This document shows positions 8,271-18,122 of a stretch of DNA of 64,000 bases, in pieces. The notes beneath the pieces are model-generated. The model saw only the letters and a list, made by a program, of their open reading frames with translations, did not search any database and was not told where the DNA came from. Both the position numbers and the translations under genes were made by a program. Source of the stretch: Clostridiaceae bacterium (GTDB lineage: Bacteria; Bacillota; Clostridia; Saccharofermentanales; DTU023); NCBI GenBank assembly GCA_012838135.1, contig DUPV01000054.1, forward strand, positions 4,270 to 68,269. Reading direction: 5' to 3'. Each line of letters starts with the position of its first letter. Within the stretch, counting starts at the first letter, position 1.

Positions 8271-9782
8271 ATGAATAAGCAAGAACAACAAATTACGGGA
8301 CAATTACATTCAATTGAATCAATGGGTTTAGTTGACGGTCCGGGTATTCGTACCATCTTCTTTTTACAAGGTTGCCCTCTGCGTTGTTTATATTGTCATA
8401 ATCCTGACACCCAAAATTTTGATGGCGGAAGAATTGTAACTCCGTCTGAAATTTTAAAATCAGCTAATCGCTATAAACCATACCAAGGTGAGGATGGCGG
8501 AATCACGTTTTCCGGTGGGGAACCTCTATTACAAGGTGAATTTTTAGCTGAATCTGTAAGACTTTTAAAAGAAAATGATTTCAACATCTGTATTGATACC
8601 TCAGGTTACGGTCAAAAGAAATATTATTCACAAATTTTTCCTTATGTTGATACGATTCTTCTAGACATTAAAGCCTTCTCTGAACAAGCTTATCTTGATA
8701 TGTGTTCTGTTCAACAAAAACCGTTGATCGATTTTATGAACGAGCTTGAGAATTATGGTTTTCACGGACAAATTTGGGTTCGCCATGTTATGGTACCCGG
8801 TTATACTGATAATACAAAATCTATGCAACAATTAATCCAAACTATCGAACCGATTCAACATTTGGTCGAGCGATTGGAAATATTGCCTTATCATACAATG
8901 GGCAAAGAAAAGTACAAAGAATTAAACATGCCCTATTTATTGGAAAATGTTGATCCTATGGATAAAGAAAAAGCAAAAGAATTTGAAGTTTATGCTAATG
9001 TTCTGTTAGCAGAACAAATGAGCAAGGACCGCATTGATCTAATAGAAAAGCAAGAAGTTGAAAGTTCTGCCCTCGAGAGCAATGTCACCCTTGAAGAATA
9101 TAACAAGATCATCGGATGTTTCTCCAATTTACCATTGTTACAACATATTGATCCGGATATTTTAAATGATATTCAACATAATTTGATTATCAAAAAATTA
9201 GAAAAAGAGGAAATTTTATTTCACAGCGGGGATGATCCTAACTATATGTACATCATATATTCCGGTGCTATTAAAATATTTAATGTATTGCCTAATATGA
9301 AAGAACAGATTTTCTACATTTACCGAAAAGATTCTTTTGTCGGAGGTCACAATCTATTATCTGACAGCAAATATTGGTATACAGGTGAAGCATTGCTGGA
9401 CTCGATTGTCATTGCTATCCCCTCGAAAATTTTCAATACCTATTTCTCCAATAAAAAACCTGTATTGAAAGAAATTTTAAGTCAAAGTTTTGCGAGAATT
9501 CGCTGGGCAGAAGATTTGATTAACCGTTTGGCTACCATCAATTCATCAGTTAAAACAGCCGGTCTAATCCTGCGTTTGGCAGAAAATTTCGGAATAAATA
9601 AGAATGGTCAAATTCAAATTCTAATGGAATTTGATCGTACCGAGATGAGCAATTTTTCAGGTTTAACCAGAGATTCTTTAACCAGAAAACTTGGTGAATT
9701 TGAAGAACTCGGCTATATTCACATCGAAAATGAAATGTTGACCATTCTCAATCTTGATGCTTTAGAATCTTATTTAGATTAA
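8271..9782 (+). CDS. pflA: pyruvate formate-lyase activating enzyme (radical SAM) fused to a C-terminal Crp/Fnr-family regulator (cNMP-binding-like barrel + HTH)
   Basis: Residues 1-245 form the activase: GxxDGPGIR, radical-SAM CPLRCLYC, GGEPLL and LPYHxxG. Residues 246-280 are a linker. Residues 281-503 form the regulator: FSNLPLLQHIDPDIL..., EEILFHSGD, YIIYSGAIKIF and the HTH RTEMSNFSGLTRDSLTRKLGEFEELGYI. The frame is continuous with no stop. Confidence 0.85.
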   Translation: MNKQEQQITGQLHSIESMGLVDGPGIRTIFFLQGCPLRCLYCHNPDTQNFDGGRIVTPSEILKSANRYKPYQGEDGGITFSGGEPLLQGEFLAESVRLLKENDFNICIDTSGYGQKKYYSQIFPYVDTILLDIKAFSEQAYLDMCSVQQKPLIDFMNELENYGFHGQIWVRHVMVPGYTDNTKSMQQLIQTIEPIQHLVERLEILPYHTMGKEKYKELNMPYLLENVDPMDKEKAKEFEVYANVLLAEQMSKDRIDLIEKQEVESSALESNVTLEEYNKIIGCFSNLPLLQHIDPDILNDIQHNLIIKKLEKEEILFHSGDDPNYMYIIYSGAIKIFNVLPNMKEQIFYIYRKDSFVGGHNLLSDSKYWYTGEALLDSIVIAIPSKIFNTYFSNKKPVLKEILSQSFARIRWAEDLINRLATINSSVKTAGLILRLAENFGINKNGQIQILMEFDRTEMSNFSGLTRDSLTRKLGEFEELGYIHIENEMLTILNLDALESYLD

Positions 9783-9976
9783 TTGTTTTGCTCTGCTTAT
9801 TTTAAAATAAGTAGCACTACTATTATTTTATAAAAGGGCAGTAAGTTTGTCTTACAACTTTATTAGTTGTTTTTGACATTTATTCATCTTAAAATTAAGA
9901 ATATTAATTTATAAATTTACATGAATTTAAGTTAATGCTTATATATTTTTTCTAAAGTAAATTGAGGACAAAAAAC

Positions 9977-10555
9977 ATGAAACTATTACTAAATTTATTT
10001 CTGACATTCTTTAAAATAGGACTCTTTACGTTTGGTGGCGGCTATGCGATGATCCCAATCATTGAACAAACTTGTGTTGAAAAAAACCGGTGGATTACTC
10101 ATGATGAAATGATGAATTTAACTGTTATCGCCGAATCTACACCGGGACCGATTGCAATTAATTGTGCAACTTATGTCGGTTACAAACAGAAGGGTTTTAC
10201 TGGAGCTCTGATATCGACCCTGGGAATGATTTTACCTTCATTCATAATTATATATACAATTTCAATTTATTTTGATAATTTTCTGGAAATCATGATTATA
10301 GCTAAAGCTTTTAAAGGCATTAAAATTGCAGTAGGCGTGTTAATTCTTGATGTTGTAACCAAAATGATAAACAAAATGCCTAAGAAACCGGTTCCGTTAA
10401 TCATCATGTTTGCCTCTTTTCTTACAATGTTGCTGATCAACATCTTCGCTTGGAATTTTTCTTCAATCAGTTTATTGCTGATTGCTGCCGCTATTAATTT
10501 AGTTATATTTCTTGTCAAAGATAACTCTAAATCGAAAGGCGGTGCTGCAAAATGA
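9977..10555 (+). CDS. chrA: chromate transporter family protein, short (half-size) ChrA, first of pair
   Basis: FGGGYAMIP motif and ESTPGPIAIN motif, with several TM segments. Paired with the following half-size paralogue. Confidence 0.8.
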   Translation: MKLLLNLFLTFFKIGLFTFGGGYAMIPIIEQTCVEKNRWITHDEMMNLTVIAESTPGPIAINCATYVGYKQKGFTGALISTLGMILPSFIIIYTISIYFDNFLEIMIIAKAFKGIKIAVGVLILDVVTKMINKMPKKPVPLIIMFASFLTMLLINIFAWNFSSISLLLIAAAINLVIFLVKDNSKSKGGAAK

Positions 10556-11109
10556 TTTATTGGGAACTTTTTCTCGGTTTTTTCGAAGTTGGATGCTTTT
10601 CTTTCGGTGGTGCTTACAGTTCAATTCCGTTAATTCGCGATGTAGTATTGGCATATGGTTGGTTAAATGATGACATGATTACCTACATGATTGCAGTCAG
10701 TGAAAGCACCCCGGGACCGATTATGGTCAATTTAGCTACCTATGTCGGCAGCAATCAAGCCGGTTTGATCGGTGCGGCAATTGCAACATTCGCCGTCGTT
10801 CTGCCCGCCTTTATTATCATTTTGCTTATTACAGCATTACTCAAAACCGCTCTTGAAAACAAATATATTCAATCTGTACTCAATGGACTAATACCTTGTA
10901 TTATCGGTATAATTCTTGCAACCGCTTGTTATATGATAATTAATAATGTAGTCACAATCACAACCGGCATCACCTTTAACATACAGGCAATCATAATATC
11001 TGCTATTCTGATCAGTATTTCTTTTGGTTCAAGAACATTGCGCAAAAAAAGTATTTCTCCGATTTTTCTGATCATAATATCTGCATTTTTGGGAATTATG
11101 GTATTTTAA
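10552..11109 (+). CDS. chrA: chromate transporter family protein, short ChrA, second of pair
   Basis: FGGAYSSIP and ESTPGPIMVN motifs. ATGA overlap with the upstream half at 10552-10555. Confidence 0.8.
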   Translation: MIYWELFLGFFEVGCFSFGGAYSSIPLIRDVVLAYGWLNDDMITYMIAVSESTPGPIMVNLATYVGSNQAGLIGAAIATFAVVLPAFIIILLITALLKTALENKYIQSVLNGLIPCIIGIILATACYMIINNVVTITTGITFNIQAIIISAILISISFGSRTLRKKSISPIFLIIISAFLGIMVF

Positions 11110-11214
11110 TGTCGCGTGATATTTTACAACTTTAATATATAAAAATTAAAAGACGGCCAAATTATTTCGGTTTTTTGTTTGAACTCTTAGAACTATTTGA
11201 TAAGATCAAGTTAC

Positions 11215-13878
11215 ATGCAAAATACATCATCTGACAAAAACCAAATCGCTATTTCAGCCAGAAGATTGGCAGAAATGATCCATCGCAGCGGCGGTTTAGC
11301 TGTGCCTGTTTATGGCGGGATCGATTCATTGGACGGGATCAAAATCCATCAAAAGTTTTCTGCTTACTTAAACAGTTTTTCAGTTACTGCTGCTGACGAG
11401 AAATTAGAGATGAAGCTCTCAACAGATGGACCCGACAGTGACGATTTAACCGCAGTTTCCGGGAAAAAATCTGATGATATATCTGTTATGGGATTTGATT
11501 ACGTGTATTCCGAATTAAGTTTATCCGGGAATTATTCCGCGTCTGAATTTAATTTAAAAATCAACGGTCGTTTGGATAATTTAACTATTAAAAATCATCA
11601 AATTGTTTTATATGAAATTAAGAGTTTTCGTGGTAACAGTGTTTTTTTACCGGAACATGGCGACCCCATGCATTGGGCACAACTTAAAATATATGCCAAT
11701 CTGATTAAGAATATTGAAGCAGAAAATTATGCAGAAAACATTAAATTAAATTCGCCGGATCTGATCAAAGCAATTGAACAAGCTCTTAAACATGATACCA
11801 TAACTTTAAAATTGATTTATATTGCCGCTGATCATAACGAAATTATTGAAAAAAGTAGAGTCTTTACATGGGATGAGTTATCTGAATTCATGACTGCAAC
11901 TTGTCAGGAATATATTTTTCGTATGCAAAATATTTTTCTCTGGCAAGATATTCGCAATAAATCAATTCAAAACTCAGGTTTTCCTTTTGCAACTATTCGT
12001 AACGGTCAGAGAGAAATGATGCGTCAGACTTTGGCAACAATCAGGGATAACAATGCTATCTTAGTTCAGGCTCCGACCGGCATCGGAAAAACTATGGCTA
12101 CACTCTACCCTGCTCTCAAAGCTTTAAGTGCAAAATATGTCAATCGTATTTTTTATGCAACTGCCATGATTGCCACCAGAGACATTGCTTTACACAGTCT
12201 ACAGCTTTTACGTAATTGCGGTTTTATGATTCGCAGTATCTTGCTTCAGGCAAAAGAAAAAATTTGCACTCAACCGGATATATTTTGTGACCAAACAATT
12301 TGTCCTTTCGCAATTGACTATTATCAAAGATTACCCGATGCAATTAACGATTTATTGCCTTTACAAGAAATCAAACCGCACAATATTACTGAAATCGCTT
12401 TAAAACATCAGGTTTGTCCGCATCAACTATCACTGGATTTTTCTGAGTTTTGCGATGTGATTATTGGCGATTATAACCATATCTTCGATCCGCAAGCCAA
12501 AATTCAACGATTTTTCGAAATTCAGGACGAGCATAATAAAACTGCAATCTTGATTGATGAAGCTCATAATCTTCCAGCCAGAGCAAGGACGATGTATTCA
12601 GCCGGAATCAAAGGCGAAGACATTATCAAAATTCGCAATATCTTAAAATATCCTGAGCTTAATTTCAGTAATCAATATGGTTCATTGATCAATACTCTGG
12701 AAGTCATGATTAATGAATTGCAAAATTTTTCCGAAATATTTAAAACTTGTAAAAAACCTGACCATAACAACTTTTTTTCTGTACAATTAAATGCTCAATG
12801 GTTAATTGATCAAAGCTTTATCGGTGTAAGACAATTGCCGGATATATTTTTAAGCAAAATCGGCAGATTAATTTATCTGATTAGAGATTTCCTTGACCAG
12901 CAGCGAATTTTTGAAGGCAGACAATTAATTTTGGACTTTTGGTTTGATTTACTTTATTTTGTCAAGGTTGCTGAATTTTATTTCAATGAAGCCTATATAA
13001 CCGCATTCAGACCAAGTCAAATCGGTTTTGCCGATATTTATTTGTTAGCCTTGGATACTGCAAAACATTTAACAGATTGTTACTTAAACAAACATCCGAT
13101 CATATTCTTTTCTGCAACATTATCACCAATCAACTATTATCATGCTTTGCTAAACTGTCAACTCCGAGAACAGCCGGCTGAAATGTTGTTGTTAGCTTCA
13201 CCATTTCCATATGAAAACCGATTAATTGCTGCTTTGACCGAATATTCAGTCCGTTTCAAAGATCGTGAACAAACAATGCCCTTGATTGCAAAATTCATTT
13301 TTGAAACTTGTAAGAAACATATTGGCAATTATTTGATTTTTGTTCCGTCTTATCAATATCTATTCCAAATCAAAAAGGCAATCGAGAAAACAATTAAATC
13401 TATTTATGAAATTGATTTAATCTTTCAAAACAGAAATATGACAGAATTGCAAAAAAGAGCTTTTTTAAAGAAGTTCGAACAATTTGGTACAAGAAGTCTG
13501 TTAGCTTTTGCCGTTTTAGGCAGCCATTTCAATGAAGGAATTGATTTGCAAGGCGAAAAATTATCCGGCGTTTTTGTTATCGGTACCGGCATGCCGCAAA
13601 TATCAACGGAACGGGAAATCATGACTCAATATTATGCCGAAAAATTTGAAGGCGGACGAGCTTACGGATATCAATATCCCGGATTTAATCGAGTACAACA
13701 AGCTGTAGGCAGATTGATCCGAAGCGAGCGGGATGTCGGCTTTGCCATATTAATCGACGATCGCTATTCAAATCCCGAATGGCAGACTATTTTCCCGGAT
13801 GATTGGTTGGTTAAACAATTTGATCAACATCAAGAATTGCTTTCTGAGATCGAAATCTTCTGGCAAGATCATTATTGA
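11215..13878 (+). CDS. nuclease-helicase: N-terminal PD-(D/E)XK (RecB/Cas4-like) domain fused to an XPD/Rad3/DinG-type Fe-S SF2 helicase
   Basis: Nuclease motifs are IHQK, GRLD (D121), YEIK (E134, K136) and QLKIY (Q156/Y160). Helicase motifs are Walker A APTGIGKT, DEAH box DEAHNL, a Cys cluster (C-TQPDIF-C-DQTI-C ... V-C-PHQ) between them, and the C-terminal QAVGRLIRSERD. Confidence 0.75.
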   Translation: MQNTSSDKNQIAISARRLAEMIHRSGGLAVPVYGGIDSLDGIKIHQKFSAYLNSFSVTAADEKLEMKLSTDGPDSDDLTAVSGKKSDDISVMGFDYVYSELSLSGNYSASEFNLKINGRLDNLTIKNHQIVLYEIKSFRGNSVFLPEHGDPMHWAQLKIYANLIKNIEAENYAENIKLNSPDLIKAIEQALKHDTITLKLIYIAADHNEIIEKSRVFTWDELSEFMTATCQEYIFRMQNIFLWQDIRNKSIQNSGFPFATIRNGQREMMRQTLATIRDNNAILVQAPTGIGKTMATLYPALKALSAKYVNRIFYATAMIATRDIALHSLQLLRNCGFMIRSILLQAKEKICTQPDIFCDQTICPFAIDYYQRLPDAINDLLPLQEIKPHNITEIALKHQVCPHQLSLDFSEFCDVIIGDYNHIFDPQAKIQRFFEIQDEHNKTAILIDEAHNLPARARTMYSAGIKGEDIIKIRNILKYPELNFSNQYGSLINTLEVMINELQNFSEIFKTCKKPDHNNFFSVQLNAQWLIDQSFIGVRQLPDIFLSKIGRLIYLIRDFLDQQRIFEGRQLILDFWFDLLYFVKVAEFYFNEAYITAFRPSQIGFADIYLLALDTAKHLTDCYLNKHPIIFFSATLSPINYYHALLNCQLREQPAEMLLLASPFPYENRLIAALTEYSVRFKDREQTMPLIAKFIFETCKKHIGNYLIFVPSYQYLFQIKKAIEKTIKSIYEIDLIFQNRNMTELQKRAFLKKFEQFGTRSLLAFAVLGSHFNEGIDLQGEKLSGVFVIGTGMPQISTEREIMTQYYAEKFEGGRAYGYQYPGFNRVQQAVGRLIRSERDVGFAILIDDRYSNPEWQTIFPDDWLVKQFDQHQELLSEIEIFWQDHY

Positions 13879-13961
13879 TACATTGTATTTTTAAAAATAG
13901 TCCGGCATCGATGCTGATAAAAAATACTTTTTAAAAAATCTACGTGTATTTTGCCTGCTCA

Positions 13962-15563
13962 TTATATTTTATGACGCAAAATTTTGCGATTGGAGTTCTT
14001 AATAAATTCTTTATCCCGTAAAATTATATCGGCAATTTTTCTATACTGATTAGCAGTAGAATTATACTCTTTTCTCAATTGTTTAAAATAATCAATATCT
14101 CCTAAATAATTTTCTTCAGGAAAAACATGAGCAACTAATTTATCATTTTGAGCTACTACAATTACCTCAGCTACTCCCGGAAAACGTCCAAGCTCTAATT
14201 CGATTTCTTCCGGTGAAATATTTTCTCCATTAGAAAGAATAATCAAATCTTTCTTGCGACCAGTAATATAGAGGAATCCATCCTGATCCAGATGACCTAA
14301 GTCCCCTGTTGCAAATTCACCGTTTTGCAAAACTTCCTGTGTCAGCTTTTCATCTTTGTAATAACCAACAAATACATTATCTCCACTGACAAATATTTCT
14401 CCGTCTTGAGCAATTCGAACACGACAACAACTGAGTACTGTTCCACAACTGGCAGTACGCGTATCGTCGATTTTTTCAGTAGATACAACAGGTGATGTTT
14501 CTGTCAATCCGTAACCGTTAAGAACAGTAATTCCGATGTTTTTGAAAAATTCAATTATTTGATCATCATTTGGTGCTCCGCCACAAATTAACTCAGACAA
14601 ATTACCGCCGAATTCGGCATATATATCTTTAAAGATTACTCTTCTGATATCTATGCCGAATCTAAGCAAAAACTTTGCAAGTTTTATACCGAAAGCAAAT
14701 TTGCGTTCAGCTTTTTGTTTTTTTACTTCATCTAATATACGTTTTTTAAAATGTTTCAAATATAGAGGTACAATTGCCATTACTATCGGAGTAGCTTCTT
14801 TGAAATCTTCTAATAATAATTTAAGATCGCTATTAATAAAGACAGAATGTTCTTCATTAAAGACAGATAATATTGCTACAACCAGTCCATATGCATGATG
14901 ATAAGGTAGAACTGAAAGAGTAGAGCCTTGAGCAATATATTTTTCACGATTGGCATTAATGTTCGAAGCAATATTCTTATGAGTTAAAATAACACCTTTG
15001 CTATCGCCCGATGTACCTGAGGTGTAAAAAATCGCAGCCGGTTGCTCGGGATTGATTATACTATCATAACCTGATTTTTTACTATCCCCGCTCAATTCAT
15101 TCAACTTATTTAATTTGAAAACTGAAATATCCGAATCTTTTAGTAATAAATTCAAATCCGTATAATGATTTTTAGAACAGAAAATTGCACAACTATCACT
15201 ATGTTCTATATGTTTTAAAGTTTGATTTTTGTCAAGCGAATTATCAAGTGCAACTGCAACATTTCCGGTTATTGTAATTGCAAAAAAAGCAACTATCCAT
15301 TGATATGAATTTTTACCGATAATAGCAATATGTTTATTTTGAAAATCTTGTTGCAACAAAAACCTGCCTAATGCAATAACTTCCTCAGCAAACTCGGCAA
15401 AAGTCACATTTCTGATCTCATTACGTGAAATTCTGTAACGAAAAGCAATTTTATTTGCAGCTGACTTGGCACGTGATAACAATAAATCCTTCATATCGCT
15501 AACTAAAGAAATATGATTAGAATTTGCATTAGCATCAGGACTTGGTTTGTATTTTTTCTTCAT
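13962..15563 (-). CDS. AMP-dependent synthetase/ligase (long-chain acyl-CoA synthetase-like)
   Basis: AMP-binding signature YTSGTSGDSKGV, plus GYGLTE and GDLG..D..G motifs. Confidence 0.85.
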   Translation of the reverse strand: MKKKYKPSPDANANSNHISLVSDMKDLLLSRAKSAANKIAFRYRISRNEIRNVTFAEFAEEVIALGRFLLQQDFQNKHIAIIGKNSYQWIVAFFAITITGNVAVALDNSLDKNQTLKHIEHSDSCAIFCSKNHYTDLNLLLKDSDISVFKLNKLNELSGDSKKSGYDSIINPEQPAAIFYTSGTSGDSKGVILTHKNIASNINANREKYIAQGSTLSVLPYHHAYGLVVAILSVFNEEHSVFINSDLKLLLEDFKEATPIVMAIVPLYLKHFKKRILDEVKKQKAERKFAFGIKLAKFLLRFGIDIRRVIFKDIYAEFGGNLSELICGGAPNDDQIIEFFKNIGITVLNGYGLTETSPVVSTEKIDDTRTASCGTVLSCCRVRIAQDGEIFVSGDNVFVGYYKDEKLTQEVLQNGEFATGDLGHLDQDGFLYITGRKKDLIILSNGENISPEEIELELGRFPGVAEVIVVAQNDKLVAHVFPEENYLGDIDYFKQLRKEYNSTANQYRKIADIILRDKEFIKNSNRKILRHKI

Positions 15564-15683
15564 ATTGCATCCGTCTCAAAATAGAATTATTATTTCCTAT
15601 AACTGTACCACAAATAGCAATTTAACCAAAAACAAGTTCTCAAAAGTAAAACTTAATAACGGACAAAAATAATTTTATATTGC

Positions 15684-16463
15684 TTATTTAACATTTCCTT
15701 GTTCAAAATTTTCCAATGATTTAATCATATCGAGTTTCTGATAACTTTTTTCCATAACGAAAGTTAAATAGCGTTCGGAAAAATTAATAATTTCTTGCCG
15801 AATTTGTTCGGATAATTGCATATTAAAACATTTTTCATAAGGATTATGAATAAGATAGCTCAAAGCCGCTAACGAGCCGAGCGATAGATCCATAATTGAT
15901 GAAGAACCGATATTTTTACGACAAGAAATCTGTTCGCAAATGGCACCGCCTTCAGCAAAATAGAACCTCGCCCCTTGTGCAGAAAATTCCTTTCCGCAAA
16001 TCAGACAATTATTTATCCAAGGTGCAAATCCCTGTTCCGACAAATATTTTAACTGGGCTAAATTAGTCATTAAAATCGGATCCGAATCAGTAGTAATTTT
16101 ATAAGATGCATATGCCCAAAAAGGATAACTGGTTTTGCCTTTGGCATTATCCCGCAAAACATCTAAAACCAATTCCGCCAAATGAGAAACGCAAGTCAAA
16201 CGTTTAATATCCTCCATTAACGGTAAATAAGCGTCAATAATACTTGCAGCCTGTACCCGGTAGCGCTCACGATAATAAAATAATTCAAATTCCGCAAATA
16301 CAAAAGGATTACTGGCAACCCGCAAAGTGCTTTTTCTGCTTTTTGCACCTTGAGCAGAACATGTAATTAAGCCATGCTCAGGAGTAAGAAGCTTAAGCAA
16401 ACGGTTTGAATCCCGATAGGCAATACTTTGAATAACAAATCCTTTTGTTTTAATAAAACTCAT
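15684..16463 (-). CDS. recO: DNA repair protein RecO
   Basis: Typical RecO N-terminus (KTKGFVIQSIAYRDSNRLLKLLT) and a Cys-rich zinc motif (CLICGK...C). It sits immediately downstream of era with a 4-nt overlap. Confidence 0.85.
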   Translation of the reverse strand: MSFIKTKGFVIQSIAYRDSNRLLKLLTPEHGLITCSAQGAKSRKSTLRVASNPFVFAEFELFYYRERYRVQAASIIDAYLPLMEDIKRLTCVSHLAELVLDVLRDNAKGKTSYPFWAYASYKITTDSDPILMTNLAQLKYLSEQGFAPWINNCLICGKEFSAQGARFYFAEGGAICEQISCRKNIGSSSIMDLSLGSLAALSYLIHNPYEKCFNMQLSEQIRQEIINFSERYLTFVMEKSYQKLDMIKSLENFEQGNVK

Positions 16464-17392
16464 AAACTCAAATCTTGACTGCTGTAACCCAATTCCTTCA
16501 GCTGGGAAAACTTATTGCGCCAATCAGTTCTGACTTTGACAAATAACATTAAATCACAAGGACAATCCAGCATTTCACTGATCCGCTCCCGGCTTGCTTT
16601 ACCCAGAGCAGCAATTTGTCTGCCTTTTTTCCCTAAAAGAATCATTTTATGATTTTCGCGATCAACAAAAATCGTAGCATGAATTTGCACTCCGGATCGC
16701 TGATTATTAATGTCGAATAATTCTTTAAATTCTTCAATTTTAATTGCCACACTGTAGGGAATTTCTTCGGAAATCTGTTCAATAATTTCTGCTCTGATGT
16801 ATTCGGCCGCTAAAATTCTTTCAGTCTGATCCGTGTAACTGCCATCAATAATCAGAGGTGAATTTAACGGCAATATCTTTTTAATTTCTGTAAGCAATAG
16901 ATCAATTCCGTCATTATTTTTTGCCGAAATTGGAACAACTGCTTTAAAATTGGCATAATTAATATATTCTTGGATTAAAGGCAAGATTCTTGTTTTAGCC
17001 ACTAAATCTATTTTATTAATTGCTAAAATTAAATCAATCTTGCTTGAAATCGCCAAATCAATAATTTGTTTTTCTATTTCTCCTATTTTTAACTCGGATC
17101 TCGCATCAATTAATAAGACAACGACATCTGTTTCCTGAATTGCAATTGAAGCCGCTTTGCGCATAATGCGTCCTAATTGATCAGTCACTTTATGCATGCC
17201 CGGAGAATCGATAAAAATGATTTGACTTTGTTCATCTTGATAGATTCCTTTAATCAAATGTCTGGTTGTTTGCGGTTTATGCGTGGCTATTGCAATTTCC
17301 GTTTGCATAATTTGATTAAGCAAAGTTGACTTTCCAATATTAGTTCGTCCGGCAAGTGTAACAAATCCGCATCTGAAATTATTTTTCGGCAT
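16460..17392 (-). CDS. era: GTPase Era
   Basis: G1 GRTNIGKST, G3 DSPG, G4 NKID, and a C-terminal KH domain. Confidence 0.95.
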   Translation of the reverse strand: MPKNNFRCGFVTLAGRTNIGKSTLLNQIMQTEIAIATHKPQTTRHLIKGIYQDEQSQIIFIDSPGMHKVTDQLGRIMRKAASIAIQETDVVVLLIDARSELKIGEIEKQIIDLAISSKIDLILAINKIDLVAKTRILPLIQEYINYANFKAVVPISAKNNDGIDLLLTEIKKILPLNSPLIIDGSYTDQTERILAAEYIRAEIIEQISEEIPYSVAIKIEEFKELFDINNQRSGVQIHATIFVDRENHKMILLGKKGRQIAALGKASRERISEMLDCPCDLMLFVKVRTDWRNKFSQLKELGYSSQDLSL

Positions 17393-17393
17393 G

Positions 17394-18122
17394 TTATTCC
17401 TCGAAATTAAAATAAATACTTATTAAATTTTCCAATTCGGGTAAAATGCTTTTCTGTAAAGTAAACATCCGAGTAGCTTCTTGTTCAGTTTGATGATCGT
17501 AACCACATAAATGCAGTAGACCATGCATAAATAAAAAACATAGTTCACGAATTAAAGAATGGTCTAATTCGTCAGCTTGCTTTTGAGCTTTTAGAGGACA
17601 AATCAATATTTCACCTAAGCTGATCGTGCCATATTCGGCAGTTGGATCAAGCCATGTATATGGTTCAATAGTAAAATCATAATCTGCTATTTCACATTTT
17701 GTCGACCTATTGCTCTCGTTGAATAACGCAAAATTGAAATTAGGAAATGACAGAACATCGGTTATTTCATCAATTCCTCTGGTTGAAACATTAATCTGCC
17801 GCATGGCTTGACCGGTAACCAATTCAACTTCAATCTGAGCGGATAATTCTTGTTGACGTAAAAGCTGCTGAACATTTCTTTCTCTATTTAAGATTACCTT
17901 GCCGAGTTCAAGCAAAAGATTATTCAGCAAATCTGTTTGTTCAAATTTTAATTCATTAAACAAAACTGATTCGGCTTCAGATATTTGCAGCAAATCTGAA
18001 TCTGAAGATCGTTTTAAATCAGATGATTTCTCCAAATCTGAAAATTGCTCCGAAGTTGTTGATTGCTCTTCGAGGCAAAATTTCGGAAGAAATAATTCCA
18101 AGCTTAGTTCGGATTTATTCAT
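17394..18122 (-). CDS. ybeY: rRNA maturation endoribonuclease YbeY with an N-terminal low-complexity extension
   Basis: Zinc motif HGLLHLCGYDH and TDVLSFP. ATG at 18122 lies within an ATGAATAA overlap with the pgpH stop. The ORF-track start at 18179 is inside pgpH. Confidence 0.85.
   Translation of the reverse strand: MNKSELSLELFLPKFCLEEQSTTSEQFSDLEKSSDLKRSSDSDLLQISEAESVLFNELKFEQTDLLNNLLLELGKVILNRERNVQQLLRQQELSAQIEVELVTGQAMRQINVSTRGIDEITDVLSFPNFNFALFNESNRSTKCEIADYDFTIEPYTWLDPTAEYGTISLGEILICPLKAQKQADELDHSLIRELCFLFMHGLLHLCGYDHQTEQEATRMFTLQKSILPELENLISIYFNFEE

Noticed and set aside
13905-13914. The palindrome GCATCGATGC between the helicase and acyl-CoA ligase genes, considered as a bidirectional terminator.
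   Set aside because: A perfect palindrome without a loop would form only a tiny stem, and there is no flanking U-tract. It is not a credible terminator.
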